In this document: positions 1 through 9,706 of the stretch, piece by piece | How the letters are laid out: every line of letters begins with the position of its first letter | How positions within the stretch are numbered: the first letter of the stretch is position 1 | Assembly (NCBI GenBank): GCA_964577665.1 | Contig: CAZOBD010000007.1 | Span: 1 to 61,119 of the forward strand | Source of the DNA: an uncultured Hyphomicrobiales bacterium | GTDB taxonomy: Bacteria > Bacteroidota > Ignavibacteria > Kapaibacteriales > UBA2268 | Direction of reading: 5' to 3' | Length of the DNA: 61,119 nt | The notes under the pieces: generated by a model | What the model was told of the DNA's origin: nothing | The model's database searches: none | The model's input: the letters and a program-made list of their open reading frames with translations, nothing else | Made by a program: the position numbers and the translations under genes

Positions 1-7
1 AAATACT

Positions 8-628
8 ATGCTTAGATACATTACACTTTTGATATTTTTTTTGGTGAATGCCACTGCTTATACGCAGATACTGCCCGGCGGCAGCGAAGGAAAAAGCTAT
101 TCTTTTCGAGATGAGGAAGAAGAAGACCCCGGATTATACGGAGCAATTAATCTAAAAGTCCCAAATATGGCAGGCGACCTTGGTATAGAACTGGGTGCAT
201 CCCTCGGCGGGTATTTTTCAAAGCATTTTTCATTGGGCGCGGAGATAGACTATCTTTTCACCCAGACTATTAAATTTGAACTTCCGGGAGAAGAAAAACA
301 GGCTCATGTCAGGCTGGTTTACGGCGGGCCTGTATTTTCAGCCTTTCTTCCGGCTGCGGGAGATTTTAAACTTTTTGGGGATGCGGCTTTTTTTACGGGA
401 CATCTCAGCTATGGTACCCACACAAGCATTGATATAGCCGATGATCCTGCCGGAAAATGGATTTTTATGTGGAATGCCTCAGGAGGTATTGAGTATAAGC
501 TGTCAAGGGGTATCTTTATTGGTCTGTCTGCCGGTTGGAGAGCGCCATTCAGTGCAGAATACAAAGGTTTATCCGCAGAAGATTTGAGCGGAATGATTAT
601 TAAGATTTATTTAAAAAATATAATGTGA
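8..628 (+). CDS. putative outer-membrane beta-barrel protein
   Basis: 206 aa ORF with an N-terminal signal-like segment (MLRYITLLIFFLVNATAYTQ). Gly/aromatic-rich alternating pattern typical of small OM beta-barrels. Confidence 0.5.
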   Translation: MLRYITLLIFFLVNATAYTQILPGGSEGKSYSFRDEEEEDPGLYGAINLKVPNMAGDLGIELGASLGGYFSKHFSLGAEIDYLFTQTIKFELPGEEKQAHVRLVYGGPVFSAFLPAAGDFKLFGDAAFFTGHLSYGTHTSIDIADDPAGKWIFMWNASGGIEYKLSRGIFIGLSAGWRAPFSAEYKGLSAEDLSGMIIKIYLKNIM

Positions 629-760
629 TTATTTAAAAAAAATAATTCTTCTTTTTTAAAATTATTTCTATTGTATTAAATAATTTATGCTTAATTTTGC
701 AGTCTATGTAATTATTGTTTAACTAAATTTTATATTATTTGAAAATCGAAAGCGTGCTCT

Positions 761-2491
761 ATGAACGAAGAAGCTAAAAACGGAATGAACGAAGAAAACA
801 TTGAAAATACTGAAAAACAAGGGATGGAAGGTACGTCTCAAGATGCGCAGGAACAAAATGCTGCGCAGGAACGTACAGAAGAAATTCTAGGTACAAATAT
901 TGCGGAAGAAAGCTCCGAAGAAAGTACACAAAGGGAAGAGGAGACAAGCCCCCCTTCGGAAAATCTGCCCGCAGAGAGCGCGCAGCCTGCATCAGAACCT
1001 GAAAAATCCGGTACGGAAAGTGTTCCTGAAGATAAAAAAACGGAGGACACTCCCGACAATAATATCACATCCGAAGAAGTCAAAACAGAGGAAACTGCCC
1101 CGCGGCAGGATGTTCCGGCTGCCGGGACCGGAGATAAATCTCCTGATGAACCGGAAGCAAAGCAGGAAACTCCTTCTGAAATCCCGCCTGTCGTTACTCC
1201 GGAAGTTAAAAAGGATGAACCCAAAGATGAAAAAATCAAGGAAACTCCCGAGAAAATTGATCTTGAAAAAATTGAAGCAAGAGAAAAGGCAAGAGCCGAA
1301 GAGAAAAAACTGGAAGAAGAAAAAATCAACGCGGTAATTGACCGGCTAAAAGAATACAAAGAGAATAAAAAGCCGATAGAAGTAATCGTAAAAGCAAGGA
1401 TCCGTGGAGGTCTTCGTGTAGAATACGAAGGAGCTTCACTTTTTCTGCCTGCATCACACTTCTCTATGAAAAAATCACCTTCGGAAGAAGAGCTTGTCGA
1501 TGCAATCGGTCATAAAATTGAAGTGGTCGTTCACGAAATACATGATAACCAGCAGGTTCGCAATTCAATCATAGTCAGCAGAAAATCAATTCTGGAAGAA
1601 GCATTTTGGTCGAAACTTCAAAAAGGAGCCGTAGTGGAAGGCAAAGTTTCTTCCATTGCCACTTTCGGAGTTTTCGTTGACTTAGGAGGTTTGGAAGGCT
1701 TGATTCACATTTCCCGTCTTTCCCAGCTTCACGTAGAAGACCCCTCAAAGCTTGTAAACAAAGGTGATACCATTAAAGCGGTCGTTCATGACGTTGACCG
1801 GGAAAAGAACAGAATATCTCTCAGCAGAAAAGAGCTTGAAGAATCCCCATGGAAAGGAATGGCTGAGAAATATCCCGAAGATTCCGTACAGAAAGGCATT
1901 GTGCGCCGTATAACCGATTTCGGTGCTTATGTAGAGCTGCAGCCCGGCATTGACGGACTGCTCAGGATGCCTGAGATGTCTTGGAAAAAAAGAATAAAAC
2001 ATCCTTCCGAGCTGTTTAAACCGGGAGATGAAATAGAGGTATATATTCTCAATGTGAACGAAAACAAGCAGACTGTTTCTCTCAGCTACAAGAGAACACG
2101 CCCCAATCCATGGCACGGACTTATAGAAAAATATCCCGTCGGCAGCGAGCAGGATGGTAAGGTGTTTCAGGTAGTGCCGCAGGGAGCCGTTATTACGGTG
2201 AATGACGAAGTTGACGGTTTCATACCACGCAGCAAAGTTAAAAATATAATGAAAGGCAAAAAGATGCCTTTCAAAGAGGGAGACGAAATAAAGGTTCTTA
2301 TCTCCGATATTGTCCCTGACGACGAATCTCTTATACTGGAACCCAAAGTAGAAGCGAGGGCTGCTTACAGCTCCGGCGGAAAAGGCTCTAAAGGATTCAA
2401 AGAGCAGGCAGGTAGTTCAGGCGGCACCTTTACTTTCGATGATTTTCTCTCGGAAGATCAGAAAAAAGAACTGATGAAAAGCCTCAAGTAG
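761..2491 (+). CDS. S1 RNA-binding domain protein (ribosomal protein S1-like) with acidic low-complexity N-terminal extension
   Basis: 576 aa. At least four S1/OB motifs (e.g. GAVVEGKVSSIATFGVFVDLGGLEGLIHISRLS; GIVRRITDFGAYVELQPGIDGLLRMPEMS). The first ~190 aa are E/P/K/T-rich. Confidence 0.8.
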   Translation: MNEEAKNGMNEENIENTEKQGMEGTSQDAQEQNAAQERTEEILGTNIAEESSEESTQREEETSPPSENLPAESAQPASEPEKSGTESVPEDKKTEDTPDNNITSEEVKTEETAPRQDVPAAGTGDKSPDEPEAKQETPSEIPPVVTPEVKKDEPKDEKIKETPEKIDLEKIEAREKARAEEKKLEEEKINAVIDRLKEYKENKKPIEVIVKARIRGGLRVEYEGASLFLPASHFSMKKSPSEEELVDAIGHKIEVVVHEIHDNQQVRNSIIVSRKSILEEAFWSKLQKGAVVEGKVSSIATFGVFVDLGGLEGLIHISRLSQLHVEDPSKLVNKGDTIKAVVHDVDREKNRISLSRKELEESPWKGMAEKYPEDSVQKGIVRRITDFGAYVELQPGIDGLLRMPEMSWKKRIKHPSELFKPGDEIEVYILNVNENKQTVSLSYKRTRPNPWHGLIEKYPVGSEQDGKVFQVVPQGAVITVNDEVDGFIPRSKVKNIMKGKKMPFKEGDEIKVLISDIVPDDESLILEPKVEARAAYSSGGKGSKGFKEQAGSSGGTFTFDDFLSEDQKKELMKSLK

Positions 2492-2521
2492 CATTGCTCT
2501 GATACAATAATTTTTAAAAAG

Positions 2522-2557
2522 AACCGATACTTACTTCAATAGGGTATCGGTTTTTTT
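2522..2557 (+). terminator. Rho-independent terminator after the S1-like gene
   Basis: Stem aaccgatac (2522-2530) / gtatcggtt (2544-2552) followed by a T-run. Confidence 0.7.
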
Positions 2558-2577
2558 ATCCGCTTACACTTATTTTT

Positions 2578-3363
2578 ATGAACAAAAAAAAGAAAAATAT
2601 TAATACGATAATAATGGCTTTATTTACAGCCATTATTTTTATTTTTATATCTATGCCTGCTTTTTCTCAGGAAAATACAAAGCAGGAAACGATAATTAAA
2701 AAGAAGCCTGTCCTGACTCCGTATCAAATAATCAGCGGAGACACTCTGCGGCTGCCCGATTCACTGAAGACTCCTGCTGTGCTGCCGGGCGCAAGCCGCG
2801 AGGAATATTTAGAGATGCAGGACAGTAATTATATTCGGGCTATGCGTCTTAATATAATCGGAGAAGTCCGCTTTCGCTCCGACTATATTGCCTTTTCAAA
2901 AGAGCGGGAGGTAATGCAGGGGATGATAGAAGGCTCTCCTATGGAGATTATTAAGAAAAACATGGATATACCGAGGGAGTTTTATGCTCCCAGCGGCGAA
3001 GAGCTTGTGCACAGGCAGCTCGTTTACGAAAATGCCTTTTATGTGCCTTACCTGAATACATACAATCCTAATTCAGGACTGGTATCATTCGGGCAGATAG
3101 CACAGTTTTTAGGGCTTTCGGAAGATGTTTCCCCTGTGTTGACTTATACTCTTGATCATCCGGCAGAGGTAGAGATTGTTATATATTCCATACAGGCAAA
3201 AGTTGCTGCTGTCCTTTACAGAGGTATCCAGAGTGAAGGAACTCATTCAATCACATGGAATTTCCGCAATGACAGCGGAAAAAGAATGCCGAAGGGCGAT
3301 TACATCGGTGAAATAAGAATTGGAAAAGACAGATTTATTAGAAAGAGAATCGTCATACCATAG
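2578..3363 (+). CDS. secreted hypothetical protein with C-terminal FlgD-Ig/T9SS-CTD-like beta-sandwich
   Basis: 261 aa with a signal/TM segment (IIMALFTAIIFIFISMPAFS). The C-terminus (VEIVIYSIQAKVAAVLYRG...HSITWNFRNDSGKRMPKGDYIGEIRIG) resembles FlgD-Ig-like/T9SS-type domains. Confidence 0.55.
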   Translation: MNKKKKNINTIIMALFTAIIFIFISMPAFSQENTKQETIIKKKPVLTPYQIISGDTLRLPDSLKTPAVLPGASREEYLEMQDSNYIRAMRLNIIGEVRFRSDYIAFSKEREVMQGMIEGSPMEIIKKNMDIPREFYAPSGEELVHRQLVYENAFYVPYLNTYNPNSGLVSFGQIAQFLGLSEDVSPVLTYTLDHPAEVEIVIYSIQAKVAAVLYRGIQSEGTHSITWNFRNDSGKRMPKGDYIGEIRIGKDRFIRKRIVIP

Positions 3364-3530
3364 TGTTATTATATTTTTATGCAGTAATATAATGCAAAAT
3401 AGCACTAAATGTGTTTGTTTTTAAATAATTAAAATTGTTTCAGATACAAAAATTTCGACGCATTTTTTTTAGAAATTATTAAATATTTTTTATCTTTGTA
3501 TATATTTAAATTGCCATTGTGTTATAATTA

Positions 3531-4043
3531 ATGAACAGGAAGAGAATGAAAAAGGACATAAGAAAGAAATTCAAGGGATTAGAGGAATTACCGGGATATG
3601 AAGATTTTGAAGACTTTCCCGGAATGCTGCTTTGGCAGCTTCAGCATTTATGGCAGAGACAGCTTAACTCAAAGCTCGACCAATTCGGATTAACACATAT
3701 GCAGTATATTATGCTTTCTGCGCTGGAGGTCGCTCTTTCTTCAGATTTTGAAACCACACAGGCTAACCTTGCCAAGGCTGTCAAATTTGATATTATGATG
3801 ACTTCTAACGTACTTAGGACACTTGAGAAAAAAGAGCTGATAACCAGAACCCGCAATCCCAAGGATATAAGGGCAATCCTGCTCGACATTACTCCAAAGG
3901 GAAAAAGACTTGTTAAAAAAGCAAGAGTAGCCGCCGATTCTTTCAACGAAGAATTCTTTTCGCCTATAGGGCAGGATTTGAAGAATTTCACTACCGATAT
4001 GATAAAGCTGATAAACAACAATATCGAAGCAAAAAAGAAATAA
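3531..4043 (+). CDS. MarR family transcriptional regulator
   Basis: 170 aa. Winged-helix MarR-like pattern (LTHMQYIMLSAL...QANLAKAVKFDIMMTSNVLRTLEKKELITR...D.R). Confidence 0.8.
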   Translation: MNRKRMKKDIRKKFKGLEELPGYEDFEDFPGMLLWQLQHLWQRQLNSKLDQFGLTHMQYIMLSALEVALSSDFETTQANLAKAVKFDIMMTSNVLRTLEKKELITRTRNPKDIRAILLDITPKGKRLVKKARVAADSFNEEFFSPIGQDLKNFTTDMIKLINNNIEAKKK

Positions 4044-4065
4044 TCAGTCAGGCGTCTTTTTTTAG

Positions 4066-4100
4066 AATCCTCTCCTTTGCCTTGTGAGAGGATTTTTTTT
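4066..4100 (+). terminator. intrinsic terminator between convergent marR-like and batE genes
   Basis: Stem aatcctctc (4066-4074) / gagaggatt (4086-4094) plus a T-run. An A-run precedes it, so it may act on both strands. It overlaps the batE stop codon. Confidence 0.65.
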
Positions 4101-4857
4101 ATATTATCCGAAATGATGATTCGGGTATCCATCCCACATTGCCGTCTGCAAGCCGGATTTCAGTCCATTGACCGACACGGTCGAGCAGATACACTTTTGT
4201 GCCTTCATGGAGAATAAACAAATCCGTACCGTCTTCGGCGGGCGAACTTTTTACGTAAACACTGGGAGAAAAAATAATCGCTTCGTTTTCGGATGTTTCC
4301 CTGTTGTAATCAATGTGAGCAAAGAAAAACAATATGACGAAAAGCAAAATAAATAAAACCCCGCCTGCAAAAGTCCATTTTTTCATTGTGATGCTTTTGC
4401 CGAAAATGTAAATCAAAGCAAGCGCCAGAGCCGCCCACAGAGAAACTGACGCAAAAACTGCCCAAACATCTGAGCGTACATTCTTCAGTAAATCGTCGAA
4501 CCACTGCTCGAAAAAAATACGGGGTACGGGTTCGATTTTGTCAATGATGCGCAGATTGGCTATCTGCAGGTTAAACTGAATATCCTCATCGGAAGGATCG
4601 AGCTTAAGAGCGCGTTCGTAGTATAAAATCGCTCTCGGAATTTGTTTCATTTTAAAATATGTATTGCCGAGATTGTAATACAGTGATTTGGATACATAGC
4701 CGTTGTTGATAATTTTCTCATACATTGCTGCGGCTTTTTCATATTCACTTTCCCGGTATGCCTGATTAGCCTGAATAAATGTTTCTTCAGCTTCGTCTGC
4801 GAAAAGATTAGCAGACAGGAAGATAAAGAGTGTCATTATCGCTGCTGATATTTTCAT
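4099..4857 (-). CDS. batE: BatE-like TPR + SH3 domain membrane protein
   Basis: Start taken at MKISAAIMTLF (ATG at 4857-4855), which overlaps the batD stop in an ATGA. TPR motifs, a TM segment, and a C-terminal SH3-like region (GQWTEIRLADGNVGWIPESSF). Confidence 0.75.
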   Translation of the reverse strand: MKISAAIMTLFIFLSANLFADEAEETFIQANQAYRESEYEKAAAMYEKIINNGYVSKSLYYNLGNTYFKMKQIPRAILYYERALKLDPSDEDIQFNLQIANLRIIDKIEPVPRIFFEQWFDDLLKNVRSDVWAVFASVSLWAALALALIYIFGKSITMKKWTFAGGVLFILLFVILFFFAHIDYNRETSENEAIIFSPSVYVKSSPAEDGTDLFILHEGTKVYLLDRVGQWTEIRLADGNVGWIPESSFRII

Positions 4858-6692
4858 TTCAGACTTCCCTCCAGCTTGGTTATCAAAGCCGCGGCGCTGC
4901 CGTACATATTCTCCATTTCGCCTTCCCTTTGTCCTGGGGCAAAGCGTGCAAATTCGCATTTATCTATCATTTCAATGAATGCCGCTGCCGTATCTTCTGA
5001 AACACCGCGTTTAAGCATTTGTTCTTTTGCAGTGTCGCCGGTCAGTTCGGCGTAAGGTATCCCCAGCTTATCGCCGAGATACCCCCAGAGAGCTCTGGAA
5101 AGTTCTTCATAATATTTTTCTTTCTCACCCTTTTTTAGGAAACTGTCAGCCCGTGAAAGTCTTTTCCTTGCTATTTTCGTAGCTTTTCTGTTTCTGAGCA
5201 GGGTTATGTCTGCATCCATTTTACGTTTATTTTTCAAATAGAAAAAGAAAATGAAGAAAAGAGCAAGAGGCGCAAGATTAAGACCAATAAAAAGAGGAGA
5301 GCCGTAGAGCCTGCCTGCGCTCCTGCCGAGACTGGCATCGGTTTTAATAAATCGTATATCCTTGCCTATATACTTTATGTTTTCTTTAGATACGCCGGAA
5401 ACGGAAGCCATTCCGGCTTCTCCGCTGCCTTTTGCCACTTCAACTGAAAATTCATCTGAGCTGATTGTAACGTAATCTTCTTTTTCCAGGTCAAAATAAG
5501 TAAATTCAACAGGTTTTATCTTGTAGTTACCCGGATTTTTCGGCAGGAGCAGGTACTCGAATACTTTATTGCCCGAAATGCCTCCTGAACCTACACTGAG
5601 ATTATCGGCAACTTTAGGTTCATAGCTTTCAAAGTCCGGTGGAAATTCGATGTTAAGCTCGTTCAGAAGCTTCAGGTTTCCGTTTCCTGAGACCTTTACT
5701 TTCAAAGTAACAGGATCGTTTGTAACAGCTTTCTTTTTATCAATCCATGCTTCCATGGAAAGCGTGCCGACGGCCCCGTTGAAGCTTACCGGATCTCCTT
5801 CGGGAAGAGCTTTCACGTGTACTGACTGCGTGGCTGTTTTGGCAGTATAGCTGAAATCCTTGTAATTTCCGCTGCCGAAAAAAGGATCATCAAAAAAATC
5901 GTCGAAAATGCTGCGGCGTCTTCTGTTTGGATCCACAACTTTAAGTCTTACAGTGAAATCCCACTGAAGGTCATCCACTTTCAGAGTGCCGCTTTGCTGT
6001 GGAATCAAAACATATTTTTTCAAAGTTACAGATGCAAATCTTTTACCGTCAATTATTTCATATTCGGGTCTGCCGCCTGTCTCCAGTTCCTGAGACCAAA
6101 ATCCCTGAAAGGCGGGTATTTCATTGAGATTATTGCTGACTATGGAAAGTTCCGGGTTGTAAATAACCTTGTAAGTTGCTGTCAGATGCTCGCCCCACCA
6201 AACATTGCGCTTGCTTACGTACAGCCGGAGCATTATGTTTTCTCTGAGTATTTTCTGAGCCTGACTGTCGAGTGACTCCTTCTTTCCGCTGCCGCTCTGA
6301 CTGCGGTTTCCGCCTTTGACCACTTTTATTTGAAGGGGTTTAGTCTCTAATGTTTTTCCGTTTGCTTTTATTGCTGCTTTTCCGATAACGTAATCGCCCG
6401 CGCTGCCTGCCTGCAGTACATAGGAATAACCGATAGACCGAGACATCCTGCCGTTCACAAAATTCATTGACTGTTGAGTGCTCGGTCCCATAAGGACATT
6501 GAAGCCTTTGAAATTTGGAGGTTTGAAATCCGAGCCGTCTGCATTTTCGAGGGTAAATGTAACCTGAAACCTTTCTCCTTCGGTGAGAGTGCTTTTTGAT
6601 ACCGATGCATTAAAACTCTGCCCCGTCATAACACCGGTTATTAACGGAAGTAATAAGAGAAAAGCTGATATGGATTTAAAAAATGCGTTCAT
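4854..6692 (-). CDS. batD: BatD-like oxygen-tolerance protein
   Basis: 612 aa with a signal peptide, a long extracytoplasmic region, a C-proximal TM and a cytoplasmic tail. Its position between the TPR proteins matches the Bat operon. Confidence 0.75.
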   Translation of the reverse strand: MNAFFKSISAFLLLLPLITGVMTGQSFNASVSKSTLTEGERFQVTFTLENADGSDFKPPNFKGFNVLMGPSTQQSMNFVNGRMSRSIGYSYVLQAGSAGDYVIGKAAIKANGKTLETKPLQIKVVKGGNRSQSGSGKKESLDSQAQKILRENIMLRLYVSKRNVWWGEHLTATYKVIYNPELSIVSNNLNEIPAFQGFWSQELETGGRPEYEIIDGKRFASVTLKKYVLIPQQSGTLKVDDLQWDFTVRLKVVDPNRRRRSIFDDFFDDPFFGSGNYKDFSYTAKTATQSVHVKALPEGDPVSFNGAVGTLSMEAWIDKKKAVTNDPVTLKVKVSGNGNLKLLNELNIEFPPDFESYEPKVADNLSVGSGGISGNKVFEYLLLPKNPGNYKIKPVEFTYFDLEKEDYVTISSDEFSVEVAKGSGEAGMASVSGVSKENIKYIGKDIRFIKTDASLGRSAGRLYGSPLFIGLNLAPLALFFIFFFYLKNKRKMDADITLLRNRKATKIARKRLSRADSFLKKGEKEKYYEELSRALWGYLGDKLGIPYAELTGDTAKEQMLKRGVSEDTAAAFIEMIDKCEFARFAPGQREGEMENMYGSAAALITKLEGSLK

Positions 6693-6711
6693 TTTTACTC
6701 TGATTTATTGT

Positions 6712-7482
6712 TTACCAATTCTTTTCTGTTTTGGCGCCGGTCGCCTTCATTTTTTTTAGCTTTTTCTGAAGTTCCTTTTCCTCGTTTTTCAACGCCTGCA
6801 ATAGTCTTTCAGCATTCTTTTTCGACATTTTTTGCTCCTTAGGCTGAGACTTTTGCTGCTGTTTTTCATCCTGTTTTTGCTGCTGATTTTGCTGCTGATT
6901 TTGCTCTTGCTGCTGTTCATTCTCTTTTTTATCTTGTTTGTTCCTGTCTTTTTTTTCTTGCTGATTCTGCTTATTTTTATCTTTATTTTCCTTATTATCC
7001 TGATTTTTATTGTCTTTATTTTTTTGTTGCTGTTGCTGCTGTCTTAGTTTTTTCAGTGCATAGGAGAGATTGTATTTAGTATCCATATCATTTGGATTGT
7101 TTTTTAAAGCCCGTTTGTATGCTTCTATGCTTTCCGCATATTTTTCTTTCTGCAGAAGTGAGTTTCCGAGATTGTGATAAGATTTGGCAAGCTCCTTTTT
7201 ATCCTTATTTGCCAAACCGAATGACTGAAATTCTTCTGCTGCTTTTTCGTACTGACCTTGCTTGTAGAGAGATGCACCAAGGTTGTACGTTGCTTTTTTG
7301 TTTTTATCGTTTTCCTCCATTGCCTTACGGTATTTAACCTCGGCTTCTTTGAAATTTTTTCTCTCATACAGCTCGTTGCCTTCTCTGATGTACTCTTTGT
7401 CTGACTGAGATAAACAATCTGGTGTAATAGAAAGAAACAAGAGAAAAACCGTTATAGCAGTAAAAATTATTCTTATTTTCAT
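6712..7482 (-). CDS. batC: BatC-like TPR protein with Q/K/N/E-rich low-complexity C-terminal half
   Basis: 256 aa with a signal peptide and TPR repeats (YNLGASLYKQGQYEKAAEEF; YHNLGNSLLQKEKYAESIEAYKRALKNNPND). Its start overlaps the upstream stop in an ATGA (7479-7482). Confidence 0.75.
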   Translation of the reverse strand: MKIRIIFTAITVFLLFLSITPDCLSQSDKEYIREGNELYERKNFKEAEVKYRKAMEENDKNKKATYNLGASLYKQGQYEKAAEEFQSFGLANKDKKELAKSYHNLGNSLLQKEKYAESIEAYKRALKNNPNDMDTKYNLSYALKKLRQQQQQQKNKDNKNQDNKENKDKNKQNQQEKKDRNKQDKKENEQQQEQNQQQNQQQKQDEKQQQKSQPKEQKMSKKNAERLLQALKNEEKELQKKLKKMKATGAKTEKNW

Positions 7483-8507
7483 TTTTTTCCTCCGAATAAG
7501 TTGAGGGATTGGATGATTCTGCTCTTTTTATCGGAAATCAGCAGTTCTGCCAGTAAAAATATAATAGCCGGAATCAGCATCCACTGAAAACGGCTTTCGT
7601 AATCGGTAACCATTTTCGATGAAAACTCCTTTTTTTCCATTGCTCCGATATTTTCTATCAAATCGGAAAGGTCTGCGTCTGTGCCGGCAGAGCGTATAAA
7701 ATCGCCGTCTCCCGCTGCGGCAATCTGCTGGAGCAGCGAGGCTTCGAGTTTCGTAAAAATAATATTTCCGTTTTTGCCGCGGAAATAATCACGCCCGCCT
7801 TTACCGGGTATAGGCCCCCCTTTCACTGTGCCCATGCCTATTGTGTGGACGATAATACCCTTTTCGGCGGCTTTTTCGGCAGCGCCTAATGCATCGTCTT
7901 CGTGATTTTCGCCGTCTGTTATTACGATAATTACTTTATGTTTTTTTGTTTCGTCTTTAAAAGATTTCGCTGCCAGCTCTATAGCGCTTCCGATGGCAGT
8001 ACCCTGCATTTGAATCATGCCGGTTGATACTGAATTGAGAAATAGTTTAGCAGCGGCATAATCGGTAGTTAAGGGGAGCTGCAGGAAAGATTCTCCCGCA
8101 AAGACCACCATGCCTATACGATCGTTTCTGAGCCTGTCTATCAATCTGCTTACAATCTGCTTTGCTCTTGCAAGCCTGTCCGGCTTTATATCATCGGCAA
8201 GCATGCTGTTTGATACGTCGAGGGCTATGAAAACATCTACCCCCTTGCGTTTTACTTCTTCCAATTTAGTGCCGACCAAAGGATTCAAGATGCCCCCTGC
8301 AAGGAAAAACAATGCCGCCATTGCAAGAGAAAACTTCAGCCACGGTTTGTAAGGCGATACATCCGGCATGAGCTGCTGAATCAGCCCCATGTCGCCGTAT
8401 TTTTCCAGCGAGCTTTTTCTTGCCCTCCGCACTATTAAAAATATGATGAGCAGAAGCGGTATCAGACCAAGGGCATAAATATACTCAAAATTTTCAAAAT
8501 CAATCAT
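7479..8507 (-). CDS. batB: BatA/BatB-type von Willebrand factor A domain membrane protein
   Basis: 342 aa. N-terminal TM (YALGLIPLLLIIFLIVRRARK), VWA MIDAS-like motif (DVFIALDVSNSM) and a C-terminal TM. It lies immediately upstream of batC. Confidence 0.8.
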   Translation of the reverse strand: MIDFENFEYIYALGLIPLLLIIFLIVRRARKSSLEKYGDMGLIQQLMPDVSPYKPWLKFSLAMAALFFLAGGILNPLVGTKLEEVKRKGVDVFIALDVSNSMLADDIKPDRLARAKQIVSRLIDRLRNDRIGMVVFAGESFLQLPLTTDYAAAKLFLNSVSTGMIQMQGTAIGSAIELAAKSFKDETKKHKVIIVITDGENHEDDALGAAEKAAEKGIIVHTIGMGTVKGGPIPGKGGRDYFRGKNGNIIFTKLEASLLQQIAAAGDGDFIRSAGTDADLSDLIENIGAMEKKEFSSKMVTDYESRFQWMLIPAIIFLLAELLISDKKSRIIQSLNLFGGKK

Positions 8508-8676
8508 TTTTCAACAAAAGTTTTTACCATCTTCATTAAAGAAATTTACTTTCAAATGACGAACTTTTTTTTGAAAAATTATGATTTCCTGAGAAAAATT
8601 CTGTTTTAAAAAATTGCAGGAAAATACTAAAATAAATTTTTCCATATTTCAAAATATATGTTTATCTTTGTAGTTC

Positions 8677-8706
8677 TTGTAAAAATTAATTTTGAAATTA
8701 TATAAT
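8677..8706 (+). promoter_or_regulatory. candidate sigma70-type promoter for rpmH
   Basis: TTGTAA (8677-8682), an 18-nt spacer, then TATAAT (8701-8706). A GAGGA Shine-Dalgarno sits at 8722-8726 before the ATG at 8733. Confidence 0.35.
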
Positions 8707-8732
8707 TGGCAATAATTTAACGAGGAAATTAC

Positions 8733-8888
8733 ATGAAAAGAACATTCCAGCCGAGCCGCAGGAAAAGGCTGAACAAGCACGGCTTCAGAGCAAGAATGGC
8801 TACAAAAAACGGACGAAAAGTAATTAACCGCCGCCGCTCTAAAGGCAGGCATAAACTTTCCGTAAGTACGGAAAGAAAGCCATATTAA
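8733..8888 (+). CDS. rpmH: 50S ribosomal protein L34
   Basis: Hand-translated 51 aa: [51 protein letters not shown]. This is the canonical L34 sequence. It is below the ORF-track length cutoff and lies upstream of rnpA. Confidence 0.93.
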   Translation: MKRTFQPSRRKRLNKHGFRARMATKNGRKVINRRRSKGRHKLSVSTERKPY

Positions 8889-9075
8889 TTAGTTGATTGG
8901 AACTGAGAGAATACTGTGTAAAAACTCATGGTATTATTTTTTGAACTCACTGAAGGAACCTGCTGTTTTACTAAGGGTGTTCAGCTCAGTAACCGCTTTT
9001 TTTTATGAATTACATGCTTTTCACTTTTTTCACATCGTCATGCGGAAAAAGGTATATTGCTAAATAGAGAAACTA

Positions 9076-9507
9076 ATGGCAAAGCTCGAAAGTTTAAAAG
9101 GCAGAAAAGCATTTGACAGATTGTTCAATGAAGGCAGGAAAATCTCCGGCAGAAAAGCCTGGGCTGTTTTCCTTTGCAGAGCAGAGATGCAGCATAAGGG
9201 CGATACAATGCGTTTTGCCGTAATAGCTCCTAAAAAATTCAGCAAAAAAGCGGTGGTACGCAACCGGATAAAAAGACTTTTGAGAGAAAGCATCAGGCTT
9301 GAAGCAGAAAATCACAATGAATTATATTTGCCGCATACGATTGCTTTCGCATGGAAAGAAAAAGGCATAAAACATCCCGGCCTTATCCGCCTGAATGATG
9401 TGCAGCCGGAGGTGGCTTTTCTCTTGGAAAGAGCAGTAGATCAATGCCGAAAAGTACTAAATGAAAGTGATGAAAAAAATACTGATTTACATAATAAAAG
9501 CATATAA
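9076..9507 (+). CDS. rnpA: ribonuclease P protein component
   Basis: 143 aa, basic, with the RNase P protein motif ([15 protein letters not shown]). Conserved rpmH-rnpA-yidD-yidC synteny. Confidence 0.85.
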   Translation: MAKLESLKGRKAFDRLFNEGRKISGRKAWAVFLCRAEMQHKGDTMRFAVIAPKKFSKKAVVRNRIKRLLRESIRLEAENHNELYLPHTIAFAWKEKGIKHPGLIRLNDVQPEVAFLLERAVDQCRKVLNESDEKNTDLHNKSI

Positions 9508-9679
9508 ACTGCTTATTTCGCCATTTCTGCCGAACTCATGCAGGTTTTACCCTACCTGTTCTGAATACACGATGGAAGCGCTGCAAAAATACGGCGCTGC
9601 AAAAGGTTCGTGGCTCGGCTTAAAACGAATATCCCGATGTCATCCTTTTCATTCCGGCGGTATCGATCCCGTGCCCTGA
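9461..9679 (+). CDS. yidD: membrane protein insertion efficiency factor YidD
   Basis: 72 aa with the hallmark [10 protein letters not shown]...[13 protein letters not shown]. It overlaps the rnpA 3' end. Confidence 0.9.
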   Translation: MKVMKKILIYIIKAYKLLISPFLPNSCRFYPTCSEYTMEALQKYGAAKGSWLGLKRISRCHPFHSGGIDPVP

Positions 9680-9706
9680 TTTTTAAAATATCATAATACA
9701 AGAAAT

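Noticed and set aside
774-1359. Track ORFs 774-992(-), 838-1359(-) and 900-1337(+) inside the S1-like gene
   Set aside because: They lie in alternative frames or antisense over the low-complexity E/P/K-coding stretch. Their products are low-complexity (S-rich or K/R-rich) with no start context. They are artefacts of repetitive codons.
6832-7047. Track ORF encoding a poly-Leu/Ile/Phe peptide opposite batC
   Set aside because: It is the antisense reading of the Q/K/N/E low-complexity region of batC and is not a gene.
8649-8852. 67-aa minus-strand ORF
   Set aside because: It overlaps the unmistakable rpmH gene on the opposite strand.
8508-9075. Replication origin / DnaA boxes next to the rpmH-rnpA cluster
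   Set aside because: The intergenic DNA is AT-rich, but I could not find TTATCCACA-like boxes on either strand, and dnaA is not adjacent. There is no support for oriC here.
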